64,000 nt of DNA from Lama glama (lineage: Eukaryota), in contig CM052816.1 of assembly GCA_028534125.1 (NCBI GenBank), positions 4,218,001 through 4,282,000 on the forward strand, in the 5' to 3' direction. The first letter of the stretch is position 1; every line of letters starts with the position of its first letter. The notes under the pieces are model-generated. The model was not told the origin of the DNA. It saw nothing but the letters and a program-made list of their open reading frames with translations, and did not search any database. Shown here one piece after another: positions 50,826 through 63,884 of this stretch. The position numbers were made by a program, and so were the translations under genes.

Positions 50826-52777
50826 ATTTACACTATGAATTTTTACTTAAATACAATGGAACAAAATATATTGAAAAACTTCACCATTTAAGCTTCTCTA
50901 GTTGTAGTAAACTGGTTTTAAATGAGAATAACTAATAATTACTGAATGCTTATTCTGGACTGGGCACCGTCAGAGCCACTCTAACTCATGAATTGCAGAC
51001 CCTCAGCTGCAGAATCTCATTAACCAATGAGGAAAAAGAGGCACAGAAAGACAACAGATCTTATTATGCTCTGATTTACATCACTCACACCCTTCACAGT
51101 TCCTGAAAAGGAAGAACTTTATCTTACACTGAAAACTAACAGCAAAATCCTACTGCTAGAAAGGTGGTGTTGCACTGACTGAAACTGGCTATGAGTAACT
51201 TGTCAAACCCTCTAGGACACTATGTGGGAATTCAGTGTCACCTAGCATCTGAAAACCCGGGCTGATGGCTTCTGGATATGGCAGTGTTGATATGATCTGA
51301 AGACACGTCTAATTAAAGACACAGTTGGATTTAATTTAATCTTGACACAAACAGCTACAGCCTTCCTCTTAACAGCATTTGCATTTGTAGAAATCCTTTG
51401 AAATTGTTCAGGCTTTAATTTTTTTTTAAAGCCCATAAGACCTTGGCACATCTTTCATAAATAAAAAGAAAAGACAGTTGAGTTTAAAAGGTTTCCGAGC
51501 ATCTCAGCACACTAAGTTCCTTGAAGATTGGGAAAGCAATCCACAGTGCTGAGTATACAGTGGGCATAAAAATACATCTGTCAGTTCATTTCAACTGCTC
51601 CATGTTTTTCATTAGCCTTTCTAACTGGTGTATTCTTTACCTAAGGAATTCTTAGTTAAGTACAGTGAAGGTCATCAAATAAAGGTAGAATATCTATGTC
51701 CGTGTAATGCCTTGAAATATTCTAACAGCTTCTTGTCATTTGGCTGCCAATCAAAGGATGAAATGTTTTTAATATCCTAAGTAAACCTACACCTCCAAGC
51801 ACCATGATGAAGTGTGATGGAGATAAAAGTACATTTGCCTGTGTACTTATATTAACACCAACAGAGGATGATAAGGAAGAAACACAGCTAAGTTTTAGAT
51901 GAAGAAACTATCATTGGAACTCTTAAAAACAAATACATAAATTTGCTTCTAAGGTCAAAAGGTTTGACTTAAGAAGTGTATTACGTGTCAAATAAAATTC
52001 CAAGGTTCTCCTTCACACAAAGTATTGTATTAAGGTACTTTAGAAGGAAGGTAAATTGTGGATAAATATAACACAATTACCTTCATTTATGTCTTTTCCT
52101 TTTCACTGTGTTTTGCAACTTTTTTTTTTAAATGTGTGATGCTGTTCCTAAAATGGGACGATATACAGATGTTCTTGTACTGATGTCATTCTAAATAGGA
52201 AAGCCTCAAAACATCTTTGAAAATTAAGCTGGAGGCTGGGGAAGGAGTAGAGATTACCAGACCCAATTTGCAGATAATGTTTGATATGTCTTCAATTTTT
52301 ATTTGCTTGTCAGTCCTCCAAACATTAAAATGGTGTGCATTTCTGCACATAGAGATGCATAGCTGCATCTCTACAATCCTAGCAGGTCCTGTGAAATATC
52401 ATCGATTTGTTAACAGAAGTGTTGCCCACAGAAGTGGGTGTTAGGAGACCTTGCACACTCCTCAGAAGGCTATGATAGGACTGTCACAGGACCACCAGGC
52501 ACCTATGATATCTCTGAAGGGCAAGTTAAAAATAAAAAAAGTTGAGCCATCTTGAAAATCTAACTTCTGGTTAAAAATAAAACATTGGTTTCTGAGAATA
52601 CAGAAATACCTTTAAATGGCTGCAGCTTGGTGGAAGGCAGAGAGAGACCTAGAGAAACGTAACAAGTTTTGCAAGACTCCTTAAGTGTAATAGTACCAGC
52701 TTAAGTCTGAGATAAGTTTCCCAAGTAGAATGCCCTGCAAAGTGCTCATTTCTATTATCTTTAGTTATATTACTTAG

Positions 52778-53905
52778 TTTTTTTAAAGATCTGTTGAGTT
52801 ACCACTGACATATACTAAACTGCATAGAGTTCAAGGGTATGGTCTGATAATTTCTGACATATGTTCACACCTATGGAACTATTTCCACAATGAGAATGAA
52901 AAACATCTCCCAGAGACCCAACAGCTTCCTTGTATCACTCTGTAATCTCTTTCTCCTATGTCTCTCCAATCACCGTCTTCCAACCCATGCAACCACTGAC
53001 ATGAATTACATGTTGTTGTAAGTTACCTTGTGTTTTCTGGGATTTTATATAAATGAAATCATACTGTACCATACTCATTTTTCTGTCTGGCTTCCTCTGT
53101 GCAATATGATCATTTTTAGGCTCATCCACAGCATTGCATGCATCAACTATTTTATCATCAAGCAGTCTCCCATTGTCTGGACATATCACAATTTGTTTAT
53201 CCATTCGTCTGTTACTAGACGTTTTTGTTGTTTCCAGTTTGGGGCTACTTACTACAAACAAAGCCCCAGTGAACACCCATTTGTGTTGACATCTGCTTTC
53301 TTTATTCTTGAGTAAATACCTAGGAATACAATGGCTAGGTCGTAAGTTAAGAAATGTATATTTAAACTTCTTAGGAAACAAACTGTCCAAAGCAACAGTA
53401 CCATTTTGCATTCCCACAATTATCCATGAGACTTCCAGTTGTCCCACAAACTCAAAAAAATTTGGTGCTTTCAGGATTTTTCACTTTAACTTAGATGTCC
53501 TAGCGGTGCACCGTGGTATCTCCTTGTGGTTTAACTGTGCATTTCCCCAATGACTAATGATGCTGAGCATTTTTTTCATGTGCTTATTTTCCATTTGTGT
53601 CTGTTCTTTGGCAGAACATCTGTTTAAATCTTTGCCCCATTTTCAATGGGTTGCTTTTCTTATTAATGAGTTATGTAAGTTCTTTATATAGTCTAGATAC
53701 AAGTCCTTTGTTTGGTAACTGTTTTGCAAGTATTTTATCCTAGACTGCACTCTGCCTTTTCATTTTTTTTTTTAAACTGTGCTTGTAGGAGAGCAAAAAC
53801 AATTTATCTCTTTTATAGTTTTTTGCTTCTTGTGTCATGTGAAAAATCTTTGACAAATCTGAAGTCACTAAGCTTTTTCTCCTATTCTTCAAGACGTTTC
53901 TAGAA
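52778..53905 (-). mobile_element. L1MC/L1MD-type LINE 3' fragment
   Basis: atttgtttatccattc, gtttccagtttggggct, ccattttgcattcccac, atgactaatgatgctgagcattttttt; explains ORF 52956..53447. Confidence 0.9.
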
Positions 53906-55369
53906 ATCCAATAGTTTTTGTTGCTGCTGCTGTTATATTTAATATATATCTGTACTCACACTGCGGTAAATTGTAAAAAGTCCCCTTTCTGTTCTTCCAT
54001 ATCCTCATGAAAATTCTTTCCCTACAACTGAGTAAGACCAGAAGGTGTTCATTTTTTACAAGATGAGGAGTGCGCTTATCCCCTTCTGAAAAACTAATCC
54101 AGTCTAAGACAAAAAAAGTGCAACATTGTATAAAACATATATGGTCATAAAAATTGCTGCAGAATTCCAAGAAGCCTCCTGTTGATATGAGCAATGGTGT
54201 AAATGTTCAATGAAGTCTAGGGCATGGTGAACTGTTTCCCTGTAGAGTGTTGGGACTATATAAAACTTGATCTTGGCTGAAAAGAAGGAAGGTCCTAAAG
54301 ATTAAAAATAGACACCATGTTAAATCTTCTGAGATGGTATTTAAAACTGAAGACTAAATAATTTAAAACTTCAGATAAGTTGCTTCTTGCCTTCCTTTTA
54401 GAAGTATTTTCCCCTGGTGAGTCATGAAATTATAACTGCAAAGTGATGTGCTTTTTAAACTTTTTAAGAGGTATAATCTTACTGAAATATAAATATTATG
54501 CGGTTATTCTTTTTGGTAATGACTTTTCAAAGTGAAATAGTGGCAGATGTTTTAAAAACAGGAAAGAATAGTATCTCAACGAAATTCAACATAAATGCTG
54601 TTGGTTTTCTACTATATGCATAACCAAATGAAGTGCAAGGCACCGATGCTGGCCATGAAGAGACAGAAAGTGGAATGATAAATAAAATCTGCTATTTAAA
54701 ATATTAACTCCTTAAAGGTGTCCTGTTAGTTGAAAAGCTGTGTAACCTCATGTAACCCACATCTGATGAAGAGGTCAGGAAACGGACAGATGATATGCAC
54801 CCAGAGGGAACAGAAAAAATCATTTACATCAAGAAGTGGTAGAGAATAAGGATAAATAGAGGATGAGTAGTTTAGGGATTATCTCAAAAGAAACCAAGGA
54901 AAGCTTGAGCACGAAGCACTATAAGGAGACAAGGGGATAAAAGAAAGAGCTCTGTTATCAGATGCAAAGTGTCAATGACAAATAAACACGGCAACTCCAT
55001 GAGTCACTGTGTCACAGCCTGGATCAGCAAGGATGGAGGAATGCAATTAAAAATTGTCCTTAGAAGACTGGCATAACAGTAGTAGGAAGAATGGCTCAGA
55101 GAGAGGAAAGAATAAAGCAAAAATACAACTGCAGAGACTTGGGAAGAAAATGGAAGGTGACCAGGGAGGAAGGGCCAGTGGAAGTTTAAAAGAAAATGAA
55201 AAGGTGAATCAGAGCTATTTTAAAAAATGATGCCCTCTCTGCTTCACTGTATGTTTCATGATTACAGGACCCATGTTTTCCTTATCATCTTTACATTCCC
55301 AGAAGTTAGCACTGTAAGTAATGAATAAATGAATATTATCTGTACCTTAAGATCACTACTGTTCTTGAT

Positions 55370-57035
55370 CCACAATTATAGCCATAGAGGTCAACACTCC
55401 CCTCTAATTAATTGGTAGAACAGGCAGACAGAAGACTAGTAATGATACAGATGACATGAATTTCACTACCAACCAACCTGAGCCAACTGATAATTTATAG
55501 ATGCTCCCCACAACATCATCAGAATAACAGTCTTCTCAACTGTATCCAAAATATGAACCAAGACAGACTATATACGGGCCATAAAAAGTTTGAATGGATT
55601 TAAAGGGATTCAAATCAAGGTATATTTTCTGACCAAAATGGAATTTGATTATAAATCAATAACAGAAAGGTAACTGAAAATTCCCCCAAATATTTGGAAA
55701 CTAAGTAGTATATTTCCAAATAACTTTTTGTTTAAAAAAGCAATCTAAAAAGAAATTTAAAAAGTAGTTTTAACTAGTCAGAATTTGTGGACTGCATCTG
55801 AAGTAATACTGAGAGAAAAATCTGTAACACTAAACACCGATACTAAAAAACAAGAAAGGTCTTAAATCAATGACCTCAGATTCCATCATAATAAGCTGGA
55901 AAAAATAAAAGCAAATAATATCACAAGTAAGCAGAGGAAAGGAAACAGTAAGAGAATAAAATTTAAAAGAGCAGAAATTAATAAAGCAGAAAAAAGAAAA
56001 CATAGAGAAAAAGAGTAAAATCAAAACCTGGGTTGTTAAGATGAGTAAAATCGAAAAATCCCTAGCTGGGTTGATTGAGACAAAGACTGCCCATACCACG
56101 AATAAGAAAAGTGACATCACAACAGATTCTACAAATGCTAAAATGACAGCAAGGTAAAATTATGAACAATTTTATGTCAACAAATTTGACAACACAGAAG
56201 ATATGGAAAACTTCTGTAAAAGATGCAAATTGCTTAAGTTCATTAAAGAAGAAACAGATAACCTAAACAGCCAATTGAATAGTAAATAAATTAAGTTTGT
56301 AGTTAAAAATCTTCCTACAAAGAAAACTCCAGGCCCAGATGTTTTCCCTGGTGAATTCTTAACCAAACATGTAAGGAACAAACAGTGCAATTCTAATAAA
56401 TGCTTCCAGAAGATTGAAGGAGAGGAAATATTTTCCAAATCTGTATATGAAGCCAAAAGTATTCTAATATCAGAACCTGGTAAAGATACTACATGAAAAT
56501 AAAACTACAGACCTTCCTAACTAACTTAAAAATCCTTTTTATATATAAAAACGATAATATATCAATGTCAAATGAGATTTATCCCAGGAACACAGGGTTG
56601 GTTTAACATTTAAAAATCAATCAACATAATTTACCACATAAAGAGATATGTTTCAAACAGTATGATTATGTCCACAGACGCAGAGAAAGCATTTGACATT
56701 TCCAGCACTCATTCCTAGAAGTATGCTCAACAAACTGGAAACAGAAGGGAATTTATACAACATGATAAAGGGCATCTACCAAAAAAAAAAAAAGCAGATA
56801 ATATCATACCTCTTGATGAAAAACATTCTCCAAGATCAAGAACAAAAGGCAAACATGTCAACTCTTACCACTTCTAATCAGCTTTGTTATAGAGATGCCA
56901 GCAAGTCCAATAATGCATGAGAAATAAATTAAAAGCATGTACATTAGAAAGAAATAAAAATAATGCCATTTTTATGTGCAGATGACATAATCACCTATAC
57001 AGAAAATCGCATGGAATCTGCACCAAGAAATTGAA
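55370..57035 (+). mobile_element. Decayed L1 ORF2 (endonuclease to reverse transcriptase)
   Basis: conceptual translations TIIAIEVNTPL (EN), KTPGPDVFPGEF, DAEKAFD, LCADDIITYTEN correspond to L1 ORF2 motifs; many stops and frameshifts. Confidence 0.9.
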
Positions 57036-57049
57036 TTGAAAAGTTTTTG

Positions 57050-57240
57050 TCTGGAGATCATGCAAGAAGAGTCAAAAAAGAATCACAGAGAGAGGAAATT
57101 TGGGGAGATGATATGTTTATTATCTTGATTGTGGTGGTTTCATGCGTGTGTCTAGATATATATCAGAACTTATCAAATTATGCACTTTAAATACGTGCAT
57201 TTTGCTGTATCAAATATGCCTCAATAAAGTTTTAAAAATG
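57050..57240 (+). mobile_element. Old L1M 3' terminus
   Basis: gatatgtttattatcttgattgtggtggtttcatg...cttatcaaattatgcactttaaatacgtgca...cctcaataaag. Confidence 0.85.
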
Positions 57241-57734
57241 AATGAAGTATTGTCCTACTAATGAATGAAGTATCTAGGGTTCCAGGAAAAGCATTTACCT
57301 TCCTAGATGAACTATATCCAAAAAGGACAGCCCTTCACTTACTTTGAAACTACACATGGTGTCTGGGCATGGAGCAGACACCTTGTGACTCTGACAAGCA
57401 GCTAAACCAACGCTAGCCACCACCTACCTTTCTACATGATGTCTCTAATACGAGAAAACTAAAGCTCATATGTTTATTTCACTGTGTGTCGGGTTTTATA
57501 TGCAGTTAAGTACTTATAGGTACACTTCCCATATTCTCATAGAGAAGAAGATAGCTCTTTCCCATCCTTCTTGACTTATTAGTGCATTAATAACCCTCTT
57601 CTACATCTCTACCAGAAATTCACTCCCCTGATTCTCTTCCTGAATCTTTCTTGTCATTTTTTTTCCTGCAGGTCTTAACAAACTACTGAGGCATGCCCAA
57701 GAACCTCTGGCAGTCCCTCACCAAGGTTTACAAT

Positions 57735-58530
57735 TGTCAATGGCCAATCCACTCAAGACAATACGCTCAACAACATTAGCCACAAGGCAAATGCAAACAA
57801 AACCAAGATGAGACACCATGTCACACCCACTCCTCAGCTAGAGTCAAAAAGACAGTCAAAAAGTGTTGGCAAGGATATGGAGAACAGGACCCTATACTGC
57901 AGGTGAGAATATAAAAGGTGCAGCCACTTTGGGAAAGTGTGGCAGTTCCTCAAAAAGCTGAACACAGGGTTATCATAGGACTCTGCAATTGATCTCCTAG
58001 GAAATGAGAACATACGTCCACAGAAAACCTTGTATACAAACATTCATGACAGTATCATTCATTGTAGACAGAAAGAGAAACAGCTCAATGTCAATCAACT
58101 CATGAATAAATAAAAAGCAGTATATCCATATAATGGAATATTATTCAGCCATGAAAATGAATGAAGTACTGATATCTGTTAAAACATATATAAGCCTTGA
58201 AAACATCATGCTAAGTGGAAGAAGCTAGTTGCAAAAGACCTCATGTTGTATGATTCCATTTATACAAAATGTCTAGAACAGGCGAATCTACAGAGACATA
58301 AAGTAGATCAGTCATTGCCAGGGGCTGGGAGGAGGAGGGTAATGGGGAGTGACTACTAATCGATTTGGGGTTTCTTTTTTGGGATCATGAAAATGTTCTA
58401 AAATTGACTGTGGCAATGGTTGCACAACAGTGAATATACAAAAACCACTGAAGTGTATGCATTTTAAACAAGGGAACTGTATTAGATAAGTGAATTATAT
58501 CTTAAATCTGTTACACTTTAAAAAAAAATT
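57735..58530 (+). mobile_element. L1MB-type LINE 3' fragment
   Basis: aaatgcaaacaaaaccaagatgagacacca, ggtgcagccactttggga, catcatgctaagtggaagaagc, gaaaatgttctaaaattgactgtgg, A-tail near 58520. Confidence 0.9.
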
Positions 58531-60384
58531 AAACATTCTTAACAGGAAGTATTTGGTTTTCACTCCCCTCATAGGGAACTTGCATTATTAGGTAGGTTTG
58601 CCTGTTTTCAACCATCTCCCAGTGACAAGTTCTGCAAAAGAACCACTACCAGGAAATGCCCAAAGAACAGAGCTCAGAAGCAAGTGTAGATTTCTGCGTG
58701 GCTCAGTGAGCCCTGGCTAAAAACCATGCACAACTCACTATTTTGATTTGCAGATATGTAATAATACGGCCATGACGTAGTGACGAATTAGGAGTATCTC
58801 ACATTCCTATCACACTTACAGGATAGAACCAAAAGGTCTCTTCCACCTCTAAAAATATTATGAGTTTATAATGCCATTTGATCTCACAACAACTCCAAGG
58901 AGAAATCAGGCTTATATTATTACACAATTGTTGTCATTTAACATGTTTGTTTGAACAAGGTTTTTCTGAAGCTCAAAAACTTGGATGTTATATTTAGTCA
59001 ATAAACACAAGGAAATCATGCTTTTATATGGCAAGCTGATTTCTGGACACTCCTATGGTTAAAAATATGTCATGTGGCAGCCAAAACAAAGGTCAAGATA
59101 TATAAATATTTTTCAAAGATATAGAGAAATAAATAAGACATAAAGATTTACTTAGCTGACTATCTAGAATGTTTTCCAAAGAACTGATTTTAAAGTTGAC
59201 AGTCATTCATGTGCAGATTATTTTTAACAAGCATTAGAAGTCAAAATTTGAATCCACATTTTCCTTTAAGCATCTCTTCATTTATAAGCCTACACTTTAC
59301 AATCATTGAGAGTCCCCAAACCACAGCTCCATTGGCTCCCTACTCTTCCGTTTCTTCCTTGATAATTTCATCATGTCACAAAATAAAGCAGTCTTAACTC
59401 ATCTTCTATTGTCTCAGTTTGCCTCTTACATTCTGTCCTTCCTTTGTTATTATAAATTTCTAACACCTTAGGTCTGACCTGCCTTTGTAAATTCTCAAAT
59501 GCTTCTCTCCAAAAGCATATAAAGTCCATTGCAGAGAGTTTGACAGGAGGCAATGGTTTATTAAACTCCATTATCCTGTAGAAAAAATACATCCCTTTAA
59601 AGATTTTTTTTTCCCTCTTTACAAAAGATACTCAGAGAAAAATAAAAGCTCCTTTTAAAGTGCCGAGCCCAGTCACATCATTAAATTTACAGTTTCTCTT
59701 CTACTGGTGGCTACTTACAGGGTATCTAAGCATGTTTCTACTGTAAGGGGCAGTTTTTCCCTAGCTTTGTCATGGGCCTTTCAAACAGTGGATCAGTATT
59801 CACTTGGTGGGTTTTTAGTCCTTGAAGACACCTCATTGCCTTTGATTCTTCTTTCCTAAATATTTTGTTTCGTTGTGACCTGCCTTTGAACGCCACTTGC
59901 TAAGGAATGGGTCTGGGTTTCCTCTCTAACATTCTTCCCTCCCACCTCTAGTGATTCCTTGTGCTGATGGAGCATTGGCGGGCGTGGCTGTGCAATGAGG
60001 AAAGGCTGGGCTGCTGGCAGCCCATCAGGTGCCTCTGTGCAAGTTAGAAACGGCACTTTCCGCGACAGCAGACGTGGCCCTGCAGGTGCTCACCTAGCGA
60101 GCAGGGTGAGAGCAGGACTCATGATCTCTCATCCCCTCCACCAGGTGCCCCTGGGCAGACTACAGGCACACCCTCCCTGGAGGTCTTGGGAGTGATAAGT
60201 ACCCATTCAGCCATCCATTCAGCCATCCTTCACAACCCCTTTATAAGCATCTGGCTCCACTCAGCTGCTACCCAGATCCAGCAGCATCTCCAGCCTAACA
60301 GGCTGACCTCCCACGCTGAGCACCCCTACCCTATGGATACCTCTCTCTACAGCTCTGGATACAAGGCCGAGGTTCAACAGGTTG

Positions 60385-60605
60385 AAAGGCATCAGACACG
60401 CTGATGTTCAAGTCTGACTCTTTGTTACCTGTATCACTTTGAGTAATTTACTCAGCCTCTCCAAGCCTCAGCTTCCTTATCTGCAAAGCTGGGAGAGGAA
60501 CAGCCATCTCACAGTGCTGCAGAGAGGACAAGGGACAAATCATATGTAGAGAGTTTTGCATGGTGCCTGGAGCAGGAAAGGCTCTCAAAAATGGCAGTTG
60601 CTATA
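60385..60605 (+). mobile_element. MIR SINE
   Basis: atttactcagcctctccaagcctcagcttccttatctgcaaag...gcatggtgcctgg. Confidence 0.8.
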
Positions 60606-60944
60606 ACTCTTGCGTGTGTCATTTTACAGAATATTTGATGGATAAACTACCAGAAATCAGCAAGATATTTCCATGAGTGAATCTGCTGCCATAATAAGTC
60701 ATTTTGCCTCCCTAAGCCTGGCATTTTGCAAAACTAAACTTCCTGAGGCCCCAAGGATAACTGTGAATGAACACTGAGAAGTCTCCAATTCAAATGATCC
60801 GTTAACTCTAAATTCAGGCTTCTTTCCAAAGAAATCTGACATTCATAACATAGAAGACCCAGAAAGGATTTTCACCTTGATTCTCTAACATGTAAATCCT
60901 TTGAAAATAGTTTTTTTTTTTTAAAAAAAAACTCTTTGTGGATC

Positions 60945-61165
60945 AACATTTGTTGACCAGCTACCTGTTTCAGGATTTGTCTCAGGAAATCCTATATACA
61001 GTCATCTCATTTAAATTTCCCAACAACCTTGAGCACTTGGCATCAGTATCCATATTGTAGAGGCAATAAAACTGAGACTCAAAGGGGCTTGCCTTGCCAA
61101 GGTCACACAGCTAAGAAGTCTCATTAAAATTCAGGTTTTATGACTCTTAAAGAATTTTTTACCAT
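60945..61165 (-). mobile_element. MIR SINE
   Basis: tctcatttaaatttcccaacaacc...aaaactgagactca...ccaaggtcacacagctaag. Confidence 0.85.
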
Positions 61166-61878
61166 TATCCCATTCTAATTTTCATTTTGATGAAATCCTG
61201 AATACCCAGGCACTATGGAGTGCTGAGAGAGAAGTCCCAAGGGAAGAGGGGGTGGGTAGGCTGGCATTAACATTCCTGAGTGCAGAAGCAAGGTTGCTAA
61301 TGGAAATTTTGGCTAACTGAGACATGCTGGGATGGTAGTAACTGACTTGGACATCTACCAAATGAGGCTTAGAATTCTCCTAGGGAGGGAGAACTCAGCC
61401 TTGGATGGCTGAAACCAAAGATCTCAACATTTTCTTGGACTACATTATAAACCTAAACCTTACCCCTTCCAAGCCAGCCATGTTTTCAACATCGATGGCA
61501 GTCCACTAACACTCTAGGGAAAGTATTTCATGGTTATGGCAGTTAATTCTCTCAGTATAGCATCTGGCATTACACCCTCCTCAGAGAAGTACTTAATAAA
61601 AAATTTAGGACAAACAGAAGGATGGCCAAACTACTCAGTAGCTGGCAAAAGATAAGTACATGATGCACATTATCATTTCCTTACAAATGCATAACATCTT
61701 TTAACTTTCATCTACAATTCTGGGAAAGAATTCTATTCAAAGTCATTTGTCTGTTGGCTGCCTCTCTATTTTAACAGCAGTGTTATTGGACTTTTAAAAT
61801 TATGTTCCTAGCATGAAAAATATGGTTAAATGTGGGGCAGGATTTTAAAGATGTCAGCAGGCTAGGGAGTTTTCTGTG

Positions 61879-61907
61879 GTGTGTGTGTGTGTGTGTGTGT
61901 GTGTGTG
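61879..61907. repeat. (GT)14 microsatellite next to a MIR (~61908-62020, minus)
   Basis: perfect GT run followed by tgatctcatttaatcctcacaatcaccctg. Confidence 0.95.
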
Positions 61908-62029
61908 ATGTCCTGGGCGTCATGCTAGAGATTTCATATAAATGATCTCATTTAATCCTCACAATCACCCTGACTGTGGATGTTTTCGTTTTTCTTAGAC
62001 AGATGGAAACTAAGGCTGCAGGTACCTCC

Positions 62030-62830
62030 TCCCTCAGGAAATAGTAACTCATTAACTTCCCTCCTTCTTCCCCAGCCTCATCTTTCTTAAGTAGCTGTAG
62101 CATCAAATGCACAAAATTATAGGTACCAGAGAAGGCACACTGCCCTCCTCCTTCCTCAAGGGCTGTCATTCCACTGCTTCCATCGACTGTCCACTTATCT
62201 CCTCTCTCCTCTAACATAACTGCCCAGCTCCTACTATCACTTGCTTTGGCAACTATTGTTTTCTCCTAACCAGACTTTCTGACCCTCGTGCTTTCTCTCT
62301 CCAATTTCTCCTCCTCGCTACCCTCAGAGTTTCAATATGGCAAATCTAATAATATACCTCTTCTGTGGCTGAGACTTGGGTGGTTCCCACTTATGGACAC
62401 CCCCATGACCGAACTCTTTTCAGCTTCCTTTCTAACCCTATGCTACCGTCCCTCCCTCGGCAATCCATGCCCTGATCAGCCATTCTTTAAACACATTCAC
62501 TTCCATGTGTGATTATTTCCATCATAACCCATCATCTACCAGAGTCTCAACTCTCTCCTGTTTTCCTCTCAGTTCCTCACTCCACAGCACAGGGCCTGGC
62601 CCACAGTAGACGCTCAAAAAAATCACAATTCTTCTTTTTACCTTCCTTGCTTGTGGTCCCATAGCATTTTCTTTATGGCACCTACATTCCTTTTAACCAC
62701 GGTTGTCCACACTTATCCAGCTCTCCAGGCAGACAGGGATCCCCACCCAGGCATTTCTCATCATCTCAGTGCCTGGCATAAGGTCTAGCATATCACAGTC
62801 CCTAGTAAAAGTTTTCTGATAAATAAGGAC
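62030..62830 (+). mobile_element. L2 LINE fragments
   Basis: cagcacagggcctggcccacagtagacgctcaaaaa; agctctccaggcagacaggga...cctggcataaggtctagcata...taaataa. Confidence 0.65.
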
Positions 62831-63884
62831 TGGCAGAAAGGCAGCACATCCCAAAGACACAGAAGCAGGCTCTAGATTTCTTGGACCACATTCTAGACGT
62901 ACGTGCAGAACACTGCAATTTCCACCATGGTCTTTAACAATAGACATCTCATCAATACACAGCGGGACCATTACATTAAAAATTTTTAAATTTTGCTCCA
63001 AAATGTTATAACTCTGTAAACTAGGGCCTTTAAATATCAAGGGGGATGTCCTGATGTCAGCCTGATTAGCACGAACTGCCCCTCACGTCACCGAGTGGGA
63101 GTTTACAGCAAACACCTCTGCTGAGCCCGCTCTCTGCCTCCAAAACATTTCCTTCCAAGTCTCTCCGCAGAAGTTACAGGGCTAAACCAACCATGCGGTA
63201 GGCTCCATCCCCACCTTTATCCCTGCTGAGAATATTTATCTGTTTTCTAACCTGGCAAAGCTTTTCATCCTGAGTAATTTGCTTTGAAAGCAACAATTGT
63301 GAAAATGGACTCCACTCATTCTGCTGATAGTGATCAGCTGAAATAATCATCAAGGGCAGTGACCTTGGAGCCGAGCCAGCAGGTGTATAATAAGGGTCAC
63401 CTACAAAAAGACGTCATCCTGAGAGCATTTCAAGAGGGCATTTTTCACATGTCTACTCTGAAACCACTTTTGTTTCTTGTTTTTGACATGGGAGCACTAT
63501 GCCTCTATAGTAGATTTCTTGGTGTTAAGAATTCGGAGCAGGTGGAGGAAGAGTCCAAACAAGTGCTATTTAGGGGGAATCTTCATTTTAAGGTGTCCTT
63601 TACAAGGATGGGGAAGACGATACAATCCTCAGACTACGAACACCCTCGCTGCGTCTCCTTTTCTGCCCATCACTAGACACTGGGGCTTCTTTTGGAAACC
63701 AAAGACAGAACAAGACATGGAAGTCATGTTTATTAACTGACAGATCTCTTTGAAGTATCTGGTGAGGGATGAGGCAGAAGCTAATAATGTAAGTAAGATT
63801 TGGGAGTTAACTGGTGATTCATCAGTTGAAATCAGAGGACCATTCACTGATACTGTGACCATCATAATTGTAACAGACATCATG

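Noticed and set aside
52956..53447. 163-aa ORF with ALFVVSSPKLETTK
   Set aside because: Degenerate L1 ORF2 C-terminal/3' UTR sequence, not a host gene. ORFs 32422..32679, 55830..56120, 56172..56456, 56693..56920 and 57834..58043 also lie in L1 relics.
57237..57272. Direct repeat AATGAATGAAGTAT as the TSD of the large L1
   Set aside because: Both copies lie 3' of the L1 with no match at its 5' side; a local micro-duplication.
63359..63676. 105-aa plus-strand ORF in unique DNA
   Set aside because: GTG start, no recognisable homology, and a length expected by chance across six frames of 64 kb.
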